A stretch of 64,000 nt of DNA from Amphiscolops sp. MND2022 (Eukaryota): assembly GCA_964187785.1 (NCBI GenBank), contig OZ076409.1, positions 81,098,001-81,162,000 on the forward strand. The letters run 5' to 3'. The translations under genes and the position numbers were made by a program. The first letter of the stretch is position 1, and each line of letters begins with the position of its first letter. The notes under the pieces were generated by a model. That model saw nothing but the letters and a program-made list of their open reading frames with translations, was not told the origin of the DNA and searched no databases. This document shows positions 23,755 to 37,299 of this stretch, in pieces.

Positions 23755-24921
23755 GCGTTCATTTCACCCCAAAATCATTTAACCCCATATCATTCACCCC
23801 ATATCATTTCACCCTGTATCATTTCACCCCACATTCATTTCACCCCACGTTCATTTCATCTCACATTCATTTCACCCCACATTCATTTCACCCCACATTC
23901 TTTTCACACCACATTCATTTCACCCCACTTTTAATTCACCCCATCTTGTAATTATACAAAAGCGTCTCACTTTAATAAACCAAATAACAATTAAACTCTG
24001 ATCCCTGGTTGGAACTGCTTGAACTTTTTACATCTTTTTGTTGTAGGTTACCAAGCTGATTTTCCATGATTTTATAAACTTCTCAAAGAAACGTCCATGC
24101 ATTAAAAACTTCACTTATTCGATTTCAGTTTATTAAGCTGCATATAAGTTGCATCCTAAATTTGGCGGCATTTCTGAAGTTTTGTAGGTTTCATTAAGAC
24201 CCCGTTTTAATTTTACAAGCAGCTGAGACCTTTATCAATTTTGCCGCGCTTTCATTGCAAATGAACATCAGTCACAATATAAGTTTCAAAGTAGCGTTAT
24301 TTTCAGCGTGCTATTTGACTAACGGTGATTACATAAGGTACTTACTTGAGAAACTTACGCGTGGAAACAAAGTGATCGCTGCGGTGAAGAAGTGGAAATG
24401 TTCTCACTTTTAAATCAAATAGTGGAGGCTGCATTGTAATTCTACAAAATGTTTCCATGCATGGTCCCGGAATTTTCCATGTTTTGTAAAATATTAGCCT
24501 GCATGTTTCCATGCAGCATGTAAAAATTCATGCAATCTCGACTAGAGATGCCTACTGTCTCTGAGTCAGCTTTGATTTGATTGTCAGTTTCTAACCTGTA
24601 GGAATTTTTTCGCCGTAGGAAAACCGAATTGGAAGTTTTTCGTTGAAGATTCGCAGCATCCATTATTGTAGATTTTGATTGGCAGAAAAGTGATTTTTCT
24701 CAGCTCCTTCTTCAGAAGTATTACAATTCCGATAAGTGAAACTTTTCGGTTCCGATTTTTTGGTTCACATAGCAAGAATCCTTTGTTTATCTCATTGAAA
24801 TGAACGTGGGGTGAAGAGAATTTGGGGTGAAATTAATGTGGTGTTAAATGATATGGGGTGAAATGAACGTGGGGTGAGATGATATGGGGTGAAGTGAACG
24901 TGGGGTGAAATGATCTAAACC
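23755..24921. mobile_element. Foldback element with 15-16-bp minisatellite arms (CATTTCACCCCACATT), interrupted by MITE copy B
   Basis: Array at 23755-23945 and its reverse complement at 24797-24915. Internal sequences also occur at 27008-27455. Confidence 0.7.
24003..24547 (-). mobile_element. MITE (copy B), inverted relative to copy A
   Basis: CCCTGGTTGG...CGACTAGAG termini with AT on both sides. Collinear reverse complement of 23005-23565. Confidence 0.8.
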
Positions 24922-27007
24922 TGAAATGATACAATTTTTATACCTATCAAATGCGATCTTTAGGCGTTTTCGTTGTAATTGTTCATGTATCGGCAAAATG
25001 AGTTAGTAACGACCACCAGCCTGGTGGCCAAAAAACAATAAATTCGTTCAAAATACCGCACAAAAAACGGCGAGGTTAACAGGTACCTGAAATTAGTACA
25101 GACGACCAAGAAAAGTGAATAAAGTACATCCCGTATACCTGAACTGACACCCACGACCACAAGAGACATCGATTTTGTTGAATATATTTCACAGAACCAG
25201 AACATGCACACGAAGATGCGGATGCAACCCAATTTTGTTAGGAAAATAATAGACTTTGGAATATTCCATACACCGTATGGACTGTTCCACTGATTGTGGT
25301 CCGCTGAGGCATTGATTCAATGTTTTCCTGACGACATTTTGTAGAATTTATATTGTTTATCAGGTGTTTGCAAATGTATGATTTAGTAGATCTGTTATTT
25401 TCACCTGTTAAGGACACTTTGTTGCATTTCGCTAAATTGCCGTTTTCGGACCTCGAACGTAGTATGATAACTTCCCACCTGTGTCGAACTCATCTTAAGT
25501 TATCCATTTGAAAGCTTTTCGAATCGATGGTTCCGAGTGGTATTCTTTTTGTGACCGTTCTAGTATAAATGGATCAGAAAAGACCCCTCTGGCTCGCACG
25601 CGTGAAGAATTCCGTATCAACAATGAATGGTTTTACAAAATTTTAACTGGTCTCATTACGAATTTGTCGGAATAGTTTTTTGACAGTTTCAACCGTGTAG
25701 CCTTCATTTACAGTGAGTATTTTTCAGTTAGAATTTTGCTCAAAGTTTCATAGCGTTTCCGATTTAAAAATGCTCTTGATATACCTTTTTGTGCATTCAG
25801 ATTACTCTTGGAAAGTTTTGGAAAATGACAACAACATTTGATGAACGTTTAATGAATTAGTTGATTACGGTCAATTACAAATTTGTAGAAATTTAAAAAA
25901 AGAAATGTATGACTAAATTTTTGAAAAAAAAATATGACACTTGTTTTAAGCAGAGGTAATTAGCAACGAAAACTACTTATATATAATCAAAGGATCACAG
26001 TGGTTTCCGAAATGCCTGGTACCGTCGTCTGTCGAATTCTGTAACAAATCAACGGCTTATCTATCTACATAACAGTTCTATAGAATTATATAACAGTTCT
26101 ATATATTCTCTGCTCAGGTGTTTATTCATCCAAAAGTTATCTTTGATCCGGATAGTTTGTAGGTGTATCTGGTTTTTCACAGTGTACTTGAGTTACTCTT
26201 CATATAATGAACCACACTGACTGGAATTATTTTTTGTTTTAACGGTCAGCGTGAAATTATTTTCGCTCTGAAATCCTTTCGCTTATCTGAAAAATTCACA
26301 CCTCAAAAGCTGCAAAGATTTCCTTCAGTATCCCAATTACAAAAAGAAACGGAGGACGTAATTTCCCGCGTAGTGGCGCTTTTGTTTTCCGGTAGAAGAA
26401 GCTGACTTTAATTGTGGCCGCTGCATCCAATTCATAAAGTAAAAGGTTAAAGGTTTTTAGCATAAAGGCAGAGGTTGTGAAAGACTCAATAATAGGATTT
26501 TTGGTGGAAATACAAATAAAAGTTCATCATTTTGAAGAGCTATAGTGAACAGTATCCCACTTCGAAGGTAATTTACTGCGCACTCTTGTATTCGCTGTCG
26601 GTTTGACTTATTTCCTCTACGATATTTTGTTTTTTTTTTGCTGAAGAATCTATATGATATCTGAGGCTTCTTTTGTTTCCTTTCAATCTGATGAACAAAA
26701 AACATCCAGTATGCGTAAAATTTTTGATGCAGGTTCAGATATAATTTGTTTTCAGTTTTCTTGTTTCGGCTTAATTTCACAGCGAAATGGAAAGGAAAAA
26801 GGGCGACAGAGCGAGGTGATAGAGTTTACCCTCCATTGTGGAAAATTTCGTCTTCCTTCATGATAAAGTACCCAAGTAACAATGAATCAGCTAGTACAAT
26901 TATTTAAAACTAGATCCCAAAAAATTTCTAAACAAAAAAGAGAATTAGGTGTAAATAATGGTTTTAACTAAAAACAAAAAGAAATTGAAGATTCCACATT
27001 CTTTGAA

Positions 27008-27455
27008 CCGGTGTGCGGTCATTTCATCTCACTTTAATTTCACCCCACATTCATTTCAACCCACGTTCATTTCACTCCACATTCATTTGACCTCACAATA
27101 AATGATATATATTCAAAGGTGTCTTGATTTGATCGACTTAATTAACCAATTAACAACTAAACTATGATTTGACCGTCAGGTTCTTACCATAGCTGACCAA
27201 AACAAGAAGAAAACAGCGTAATTCTGCTCCCCGTTTAGGTCCCAAAAAGAGCAAATGTACTTCGAAGCATAAACGAATCTTTTGAATAAATGTTCAATTT
27301 CACAGTACCGAAAAAAGACCGAAAGGGGTCGATTTTTGAACGATTGACAGAATCAGAGAAATTTTTAGTGTTTTGTTCACAAGTATTACACAATTCCGAT
27401 GCATGAAACTTTTGGGTTCCATTTTCGTGGTTCACATAGCAAGCATCGTTTGATT
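27008..27455 (+). repeat. Second, partial copy of the CATTTCACCCC foldback element
   Basis: Minisatellite at 27019-27095; AACCAATTAACAACTAAACTATGAT (cf. 23978-24002); GAAACTTTT.GGTTCC..TGGTTCACATAGCAAG (cf. 24738-24776). Confidence 0.65.
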
Positions 27456-29129
27456 ATTTAATTCATAATTAGATTTAGGTCGTTTTTTTCTTTTAGCTCT
27501 AAGATTGAAATACTATTCCCGTAGTAATTATTCTGAGACGCATTTGAATAATTAAAATGTGGGGGAAATGATAGTGAACGCTGTAAACCAACTGATAAAG
27601 AATTTGTGAGAAAAATTATGAAAAAATGAGCACCAAAGCTAGCAAAAAATACGTTTATCACAAGCTGGACACTCCATTCTAGAGAGGCACATAGTTTTGG
27701 AAATGGGGCCAACCCAATACTTTTTAGAGAAGTTCGTGAAGAAATGATATATCCTATTATCATTAAAAGTTATACGCAAAATCGTTAGAACGTTAGGCTT
27801 GTGTAGTTAATTTTGTTAACTAACAGAAATTCTTAGGTGTTGGAAAAGTTCGAAGCTATAACTACTGCATTACTGCACGATACGAAGAAAAATATATTGG
27901 TTGATCTTGGCTTTTATGCCTGTCTAACACTTAGCCCTCGTTTCTGGCATGCTGAGAATGTGCACATGGTTGCTGTAACGAGTTCCAGTTTTCAAATACT
28001 AAGCTTGTTTCTCAAGAACAAATAAGGTTTTTTATTTCTACCCAGAAAAATGTGAAGAAAACCTTTTTAGTTCAAACTTCAGAATGCGCAAAAATGAAAG
28101 AAAAAACGTGGAATACGCATTCAATAGTCACGTATCTATCTTAAGTTTTGACATATATGACTCGGGGGAAGATTGAACAGCAATCAAAAATTTTGTACAG
28201 GATAAAAACATTAGGGTCGTCCTATGTAAAACTGGAGGCCAAAAAGATTCGTTCGCTCACACCGCTCGCCTATCAGTGGGAATTTTCCTGCGCCAAACTA
28301 TTTCAGCCACGAGAAACCGATAGTTCGAAAAGTTAAAGCCTCAGATTCCGCGGGTTAAAGGAATTCGTTTTTCCCGATACTTCTCATAAAAAGCTACGGT
28401 ACCATATTTACAACCAAGGGGTAAAGATGGTCTGCTTCAAGCTGTGATTTAGAAGTACATAGGTCTGACAGCTGGTCGTTGCTGCCAACTTGTTTGTTTT
28501 CTGCGTTAAAAGTGTTTTTCTCATGACTTAGTGACATTCACTGAGCTAGGTGCAAAAAATATTCACAAAACCCAACATAGTTGAGTTCTGGCAATTCGAA
28601 ACTTTTCTATTGGAGGCCAAATGCCCTAACCAGTAAATCCTTATTCCAAAAAATCGTAATGAAATTTGGATCATTTCACAAATTTTGGGAAAAACACATT
28701 TTTGGGGGGAAAAGTCTGATTGATAACATAATGTTTAATTTATAAAAAATTTTCTGGATCTTTAGACCCTCTGATACATATGGTCGTTTGTTTTGGAAAA
28801 ACGTTTCCCATTTCGTAATCAAAAAGATACGAAGTAACCAAGCTCTTCATCTTTCTGTTCTGTGAATTTGCATACCCACGAAAACATCCACAAGCTAGAC
28901 AAAGCTGAATTAAATTAAAACTGCACGAAAATGGCTGAGTAGAGACTGCATGAAAATTTCCAAGTAAAGAATAATGTTGTCTCTGAAATCTCTGTTATAA
29001 TACCCATCGAAACCTCAAGAATATAAACAAAAGTTGCATTAACACGTCATATATTTTAAAAGAAAAACATTTTCCTTTTTTCAGCGTTTTCAATTTGTAA
29101 AGTTTCGATTCCAAGTTCAGTTCCAGAAG

Positions 29130-29637
29130 ATATAAAAAATTTTTAAATGTCTCCAAAGGGTCCCCCTTCAAGTTTTTGATATTTTGCAACAGGGAGGATG
29201 TTAAACAATCCCAAATGCCCCCATCTACATTTTTGGCACTATGAGACTGTTCAAAATTCTCATTTTTTGTCTGATATTAGGTTTACTGAATAAATATCCA
29301 CCGATAAGTTTTTTCAATACTATCCGAATTTTGGAGGTGAAGGTTCGAAAATATTGCGCTATAACCGAACTTTTGACGTTATATTTGAAGTAAATTGTGT
29401 TTTCCTAAGGAGGAGGCCGAGGTTCGGAAAAAGCGCTCCCATGTTGCCCAGCACACTAAATTCGAACTTTTGAAGGAATATTTTCTCTCGGATCCAAAGT
29501 GTTTTCCGAGAACGAAAGGCGTCCTTTGGGTGTTTCGACATCTTTTTGTGAGTTTTTCAATTGAAAATTGTCCTGAGCAATTTTCAAAATCTTTGCACTT
29601 TTTGAGCTTCAAGTAGGTCGACAACGTTCGTCTTGTT
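29130..29637 (+). mobile_element. HINE-like family 1, 5'-truncated copy
   Basis: AAATGTCTCCAAAGGGTCCCCC through ...CGTCTTGTT, collinear with 20600-20994. Confidence 0.7.
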
Positions 29638-29861
29638 GAGTTATATCAGAAATAAATTATTTGGTCTGAACTTTTACTTTGAAAAGTTCGAATTTCTCGA
29701 CATATACTTTTGAACTTATATTACGAACATATTTTCATGGCAGTTGAATTCTGTTGAACAACGTATAAAGTTTGGGTATAAATTTGGAACACAGCATATT
29801 TTTCGAGTAAAAGGAGTCTGAAATTGTAATTTCCCTTCCCCATATAGAAAGACATCAAAAA

Positions 29862-31481
29862 TGTTGAAGAGCGAACATTTAAGGAAACAAAAAGTCTTGT
29901 CCAAAGAAAGCCCAAGCTTGCGGGAAATTCCCATTGCTTTTGCGCGAAGCCCAGCAATAGACAGAACTGTGTTTACCACGTTTCTAGACCGTCGGATTAG
30001 TAATAGCAGTTGAAAAGGCTGACTATAGTGTGTTTTTATTGCTTATTTGACAAACTTGGTGTTTACTTAGTGGACGAAACTTCTAACCATTCTATGCAAG
30101 CTATTATTATGACGTCATCGATGACATTGTTCGAATTGGTTAAGTCCGAGTTGATTATTGAGAGAGAATTTTATTAAGTTTAACATTTGAGCGAATATAT
30201 TCTAAGGTACACTATAGAAAACCAATCGTGAATAAATCTGAACCCCCCATTTGGGTTCACTCGAATTTCTTGAAGACTATTAATCTTAGATATATGAAAT
30301 TTGGCAAACATATAACTGAGCTGTTGTGCTACTCGTTTAGTAAATTGGAACCGAGTTGAGACCCCCTGTCCTTGATTATTAGCACCGAAAGAGCACTAGG
30401 TCGACCGACCGACGGGCACGTCGGCAGAACTCGGGATAAGTCATTATATTTTGAATTGATGGCCCATAAAAATAAGCATTTGAGGATGTTTTTTTGGGAA
30501 CTCTAAGACACGCTCTGACCCTATCTAAACCAACCCCGAATATAATATAAAACTTCACCAAATGGACCGACGATCATGAAAATTGCCTACGTTGTTCAAG
30601 ATGTAATTGTGACCCATCCAGGGGTAATCGCGTTAGGTGAACAAACCATACGCATATCATGTAACTAGGAAACGATTAACCCTAGGACCATATAAACTGG
30701 CAATAAAGAACGTTTGACGACACGGCGAAGCCCTGATGCCACCGACAGGCCTCAAGTTTTTTTCAGGGGGCGACCCCGGAACATATTGACAGTCGTACTT
30801 CAAACCATGTGAATCAGCGTCATTCGCCTGATAACTTATGCATTTCAATTAGGCGGGGAGATTCGCGGCTAACCGTTATTGAGTGATTTTCTGAACATTC
30901 GAAGTATCTTGAGAGCATTTGATTTATCATGGAATATGAACTTCAGGCAAGTTGTTCGAGTATTTGTCATTGACGGCAAAGAATTTTTAGTCGAAGTATA
31001 ACTAGAAGCGCTTACTCAGCCATAGAAGGAATAGTCAAACATGAAAAAGACCACGTGCAGACTTTAGATATGCAACTATGATAGAATGTGCAGATGAGAT
31101 CACTAGAAACACGTGCGATGAACAAACATAATTGAGCCGGAAATGGAATATACTGGAATAGTCACAATCGAGTTAGAGAGCTACAAGCAAATTTAGCCTC
31201 GAGAGGGGGGCAAGAAACGAAGATGGCTTAGCGAAACGAACTGGTTCGTCGCAAGCTCCGGGAGCAAGAGATTGAGTTTTTACAAGTCGGTAATTTTTGT
31301 TCTGCGCTATATATTAGTTGGCTGAATCGCGGATAATTGGTATTTAGTGATTATTGTAACAGAACCAGATTTAGCTTTGTTTTAAAGAAAGTAATTCGAA
31401 TATAATTTCAACTTTCTTAGTCATGCGAGTAGAGCCGAATAACTTGAGCTACTGGAGAGATTTTGCATCAGCGGGTACGCA
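29862..31481 (+). mobile_element. Long LTR-like family, copy 2 (putative solo LTR)
   Basis: Collinear inverted homology to 61253-63179, e.g. TGTGACCCATCCAGGGG..AACAAACCAT..GCATATCATGTAACT, TAGTTGGCTGAATC and GAGCCGA..CTGGAGAGA. Right end GGGTACGCA; left end approximate. Confidence 0.6.
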
Positions 31482-33284
31482 GTATAGAGAGCTCAATTTA
31501 CCAAAAATCCGATTTTTCCTAATAGAGTTAGATTCTTGGGAAATTCCCTCTACATACGTAATCTGATTTTGCTACAGTCTCTCTTGTTTTTGTCTAAATA
31601 AGTTAAACCTATTTGAGCACTTTTTGCCCAAAAGAAAGCGTCGGCTAAAATGAGATTCTGGATTTTAAAAGTTGGAACACATGATTGTGAAGGTTTTACG
31701 GTTAAATGACTAGGCGTCATTCATTAGCAAAATGTTTTGAACACTTGCTGTGATGATCCTTGGGATCCTATAAACAGCATGAAATAACATTGTCGACTTA
31801 TGACGCTCTCACTGAAGAACAGGTCCCCGAACAGGGGTGCTCTGTTGTTAATAAGGTCCCTATTTAGGTCGAAAAATTTTGTATGGGGTGCTAGTAAATG
31901 CTACCGTAGAAGTGAACCTTTTAACTACTTTTATGTTTTGGGAAACCAATGCAATCCTATTAACAATTTTCTTGATCGTTGGAATGTATACCAGAAGAAA
32001 ATTCTGTCGCTGATTCATTCATTTGTTTCAGATTTTCAATAATCGCCATACCATAAAACGTTGGAATGGGTCTGAAGCAAAAAGCACATAATTTGAGGAA
32101 ATATTTTTAGTGGGATGGGTGGAATGTCGGTAATTGAAAGCGTCTTTACCTAATTTTACTACAACCTCAATTGCTTTTCCTCATCGCTTCTCTTCAATGA
32201 AAGACATCATTAAGACTCTCAAAAAACAGGCTTTCATTCATGAAAATTGATGACCATCGAAAATGTGCCTCAATGAGAATTTCTCTCTTTTGACAAAAAA
32301 CCTCCTTCGCTACGTTAGCTGCCTCTCCATGCGCGGTCAGAGAAAAATTAACTGCGCGAAATAAGGTGAAAAACAAACTAAAGACCACGAAGAAACCCAC
32401 GGAGATTTTCTGACAAGATGTCAAAAGCAATCAATTAAAATTATAACTTCGCTCTTTGTGGATTTTACATCCCCGTACTGCCGTTTGAAACGTACATGTT
32501 AAAAAGTGAAACTCGAATTTTACACGGAATCAAACGCATATATGCTAATCAGATAAATTTTCAAATTATTTGTAAAATAATTGTGCATATTTATAGTATA
32601 TTTTTGCGGCTTCACATACTTTGAACCCAGTATATAAATATATTGCATTTTCTTATCCTTTTAGAGACCACCAGCAGCCATTTCGAACAGAAAAATCACA
32701 TTTGCTCTGCATGAAATCACTGCAACGTAAATGATCTTCATTTGAACTTGTAGTTTCACTTTTTTTTATTTTCCAGAGTGTATGATTTGCGAATTCTCAG
32801 TGTCAGCGAAAAAGTCTCAAAGTCTTGGCCAATATGAACAAAAGATTGCTTTGATAGTGATTCGTTAGCGCTATGAGATTAATTGAAGAAGCTCCGTGGT
32901 CAAAATTTAAATTTTCTCATTATGATTTGTTCGACAAAATTTGCTTTGAAAATTTTCCAGATTGGAAATATGAGTATATTCGTTTCCTTTTATCCTCGGC
33001 AACTTGCCACAAAATTTTTATTGCCGCAAGTCCATTTTGCTTCCAGGGTTAGATAGAACAGGGTTCCGTATGGCCGTCGGGGAGGTCCCGCTTCAGCAGA
33101 ATACTTACGAAACCGGTCCTGGCCTTTCATTGCTAAGAGTAACGGGCATCTTTCTGGCACTCTAAAGACCACCGCTCAACCAGCACACGAGCACAATGCC
33201 TAGAATAAAGTAAATTTCCATTTCCATGGTAACAGGTAGCTCAAGATCTAAAACAGGCATAAGAACTTCTGAGTTCAAAAATTC

Positions 33285-34505
33285 AACAAGACGGGAACGT
33301 CTAAAGTCGGCGCTATATCTAAAGCTCAAAAAGCGCAAAACATTTTTTTTGGAAAAAACTTGAAATTTTCGAAAATTTTTTCTTTCGGAAAATGTCGCAC
33401 AGTGCCGAGATATGGAAAAGAGGGGACCCTTTTTGATTCCCAAACATGCATTCTGTTGCAAAATAACAAAAAACTCAAAGGGGGGCCCTTTGGGGACATT
33501 AAAAAATTTTCGAAAAAAAGTCGCGCAGTGCCGAAAAAAATCAAAAGGGGGACCCTTTAGCCTCGGCCGGTTTTGTAGGTTACGTTAAAAAGTAAAAAAA
33601 ATGAAAGGGGGAACCCTTTGGAGACAAAAAAAATTTTCGAGAAAAAAGTCGCACCGTGCCGAAAAAAAAACGAAAAAAAATTCGAAAGGGGGGACTCTTT
33701 AGTCCCGTCCGGTTTTGTAGGTTACCTTGAAAAAGTAAAAAATGAAAGGGAGGACCCTTTGCACTAAGTTTGCTTTGGCCCCTTTGCCGGACTGGGCGCG
33801 TTAGGTGGTTTCAGGATTGTTTCTAAAAAGTGGACCGATCAGTGTGAGGATTGTAGTCGGGAACGGCCCAAGTCGGCGCCATATCTAAGGCTCAAAAACA
33901 GCAAAAGGACTTCCAAGTATTCTCTTCTACGGTACCGGAAAAACCCAAAAGTTGAACCGAATTGGCACACCAGAGGCGACACTTTGAAATTTTTCATTCA
34001 TTCTGTCGCAAATCATCAAAAAAATTGAAGGAGGGGCACTTTTGGTGAAAAAAAAATTTCAAAAAAAAGTCTCACAACGCCGAAAAAACTGAAAGGGGGG
34101 ACCATTTGGGATTTTTCAACATCCGTTCTGTCGGAAAACTCCAAAAAAATTGAAGGGGGACCCTCTGGGAAAAAATTTTTTTCGAAAAAAAAGTCTCACA
34201 GAGCCGAAAATACTCTAAGTCCCTTTGGTCCCTTTGAGTTTCTTAGATGATGTAAAAATACTACTTCGCAAGCTTTTAAAGTATTTTATTTAAATTTGCT
34301 AAGTAAGAATTGTAAGATTTTAAAATTGTAAGAATTGTAAGAAAAGTGGACCGATCAGTGTGAGGATTGTAGTCTGAAGAAAAAAAGAAAAAAAAGGTCA
34401 CTGCTATAGTCGGGCATTTTTCCTTAAAAGGAAAACGCGCCGACTAAAAACAGTCACTGCTTTAGTCGGGCATTTTTCCCTTAATGGAAAAGCGCCGACT
34501 AAAAA
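33285..34505 (-). mobile_element. Composite of two HINE-like family 1 copies
   Basis: 3'-end modules at 33285 and 33859; 5' hairpin modules ending at 34450 and 34505; duplicated AAAGTGGACCGATCAGTGTGAGGATTGTAGTC. Confidence 0.8.
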
Positions 34506-36696
34506 TACAGCTACAAGCAGTGAATATACATACAATGGTGTAAGAAATAAACTGAACATTTATTTGCAAAAAAAAGAATTGGACCGAAACAAAACTAGCT
34601 CTGATTAATGCAGATTTTTCCTAACATCATTTTTCATTGATTGTATTTACTACTGAATTGGCATATGGGACAATTTTATAACATTTGGCACCTAATTTTG
34701 AACTTTTGCTTATTTGGCAGGTTCTTCTTCATTTACTGAAGACATTCAACTATTTCACATCGAGATAATTGGTTTTATATAGTTTTTGAAAAGAGTTTTT
34801 TATTATTTCATTTTATTTACTATACTAATACGTGAGACACAGCTATTTGTCGCAAAGATTGGGGATTATGTTTTCGGTTTTTCATTTTAACTGATAAAGT
34901 TAAAATCAGGAGAATCTGCTAATTAAGGCGGTTTCACCCATTATCTGAAACATTCGATTTGTCTTACCAGTCCCTTAAATTCATGAGTAAAATAGAGGAT
35001 GGAAGAAATCACCATGTAAAATGCTAGCTTTTTTACATGCAGTCCAAATTATTTCTTACAAATAAGAGTTAAGTTCTTTTCTTACACTATTGTACCATCC
35101 TACATTGAAACGGCAGAACACACAGCTACAAGCTGGGGATTCATGTACCAAACAATGATATTTAGGCAAAGAGACTGATTTTGCTATTTTCGCTCTTTGG
35201 CGGTACCATTATGCTGAAATCAAACAAACCCGGCTGATAGCATCTGTAAAAGTCTCTTCCAGAGATTTGGCCGTTTCTGTTGGCCCTTGGACTGTCTCGT
35301 TTTCTGTGTTCTCGCTCGGTCTGCTTTTGTATTCGTTATGCATGCCAAATGGGGAAAACAGCGAAAATGCAATCACATGCCACGTCAAGTATATTTTAAC
35401 CCCAAATTTCTGCTCATGTTACTATCCCATAATAGAGGGTTACGTTACAGTATATCGTATAAAACACATGTCCTTGAGAAGCGGAATTTCCTCCCTGGCG
35501 GGACATGTTTCATTCACTTCGTGATGCAAAATGGACGTATGTCGATGGGCGCGTGTCCCGAGCACATACTCATTCCATATGTTCCACCACCTCTGTTGAC
35601 GAAAGAATCGACAATAACTGCTTGTCGTTTCAATATAAATATAGCTATTAATTAGTGCAATGTTTCCAATGGCAACGGATTTGACAATAACAAATTTGCA
35701 TATAACGTATATATCTAGCTGAAACGTGTTAAGCTAAAAATAAAAAAACTAGTAAAATTCATATCCAAGGACAAATAGATCATTTTAGAACCCCATATAT
35801 AGAAGGAACCGATGATTTTTCACATTGTTTTCTCCAGCTAGCTCAGTCGATAAAACAACAGAAAGTTTTTCTTTGACCTTTTCCAAACTTTCCGTATCAT
35901 TTGTTTATTTGTGTGTTAACTTCGTTTTTTTCTGAGTTTTCTTTGGGTCATCCGTTCTCCGACTTCCTGTCTTTTGACTTGTAACAATTCCTGCGGGACT
36001 TTTTCTGACAATGGGGTAATTTTTGGAACTATAGGATTGTTCTAATGAGAAGTTTCAACTTTTATTAAATGCTGCCGTAGTGAATGGGAATATCCATAAA
36101 TTTTGTTTTGAAAGTAACTTCTCCAGGTTGAGTATAATGCCAAAGACTAATGAGATCTTGGGACATCTTAAGAAATGTTAGTCAAGCATCTGTTAGAAAT
36201 GTCTGTGAGCGTTTCCATAGAACAATAATGTCGCAGTGCCATTGTATATTGCAACCAAATGAACTACTTTGGACAATATAGTTGGAAAAAATTAGGTAAA
36301 TTGGTTAATTTATGATCTAAAACTCAGATTAACGTTTTAGTAGTAAGCTAGGCTGAAAACATTCCAATTTGTTTAGTAATTGAACGTCTAATCATGCCTT
36401 TATTGGAGGAATGCTATTACACGAAAAATAAACAGATCTGAGAAATACAAAAACGAAAAGTTTTGAGCTTCGTTTTTGGAAGTTTCTTTGGGAAAAGTAT
36501 CGACTGAAATATGCAGCTTTGTGAAGTTGAAGTGTTATTCTAAGCTATTCTAATTTGACGTATCCATTCTCTAGAGGTAGCTTCCGGTGGTTTTAAAATG
36601 ACAAGAAAAAAGTTCCCGGATTCAAATTAGAATGTCTGTACGCTAATTGGCAGTTTAGGTGATAATTTCGGTACCCCTGCACTCAATTAGACGCCA

Positions 36697-36776
36697 TGGA
36701 TCGGTCGCTGATCTTTCCTGATTTTTCCATGCACGATTATCTGTTCATTAGACAGGAAAAATCAGCGACAGATCCA
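36697..36776. other. 80-bp hairpin (22/24-bp stem, 32-nt loop)
   Basis: TGGATCGGTCGCTGATCTTTCCTG pairs with CAGGAAAAATCAGCGACAGATCCA. Confidence 0.7.
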
Positions 36777-37299
36777 ATTTGTTTAGCCTCACGAAAATAG
36801 ATCAATATATTAAGAGTGAAAAATGATTTTTTTTTGTTGCAGAAGCTCTGAATATGGCTAGAATTAATAATAGCTCGATATATTGGCTATACAATCTCCA
36901 AACACCTAAAGGAAACTGTTTACTTAACTGTTCAGTTGCATCTAGCCCACTAGTAGTCAAATCAAGAGCCGTTAAAGTCAGCGGGTAATTGAAACTATCG
37001 TCTGCAAAACTGTAGTTTGCAAGTAAACACAAACTTTGTTGGGAAATATACTTTTCCAGAGAGAAAACGAATGATTTCAAAAGTTGTTCAAGAGAACAAA
37101 GACTTTCAAAGAAAATTTAATTCTATTTAGATTGTATCAAAGGGGATTTTACTCGACAAATTTGCTCTTTGGTAATTTCCAACTAGTTAAAAATTTATCT
37201 TGCTTATAAGAGAAAACGTTTTCGTCTTTAAAATATGTTTTAACTTATACGAAATGCGACTCAGATCAATTTCTTTGAAACTCTAACAACATTGCCCCA

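Noticed and set aside
23755..23945. CRISPR-like periodic array
   Set aside because: Units are contiguous 15-16-mers with no unique spacers and there are no cas genes; it is a eukaryotic minisatellite.
24960..25560. Three-exon minus-strand gene with short GT-AG introns
   Set aside because: Every phase-consistent reading has internal stops and no recognisable domain.
30608..31481. 874-bp solo LTR starting at TGTGACCC with a GTAAT/GTATA TSD
   Set aside because: Homology with the 62-kb copy continues well past this TG, so it is probably not the terminus.
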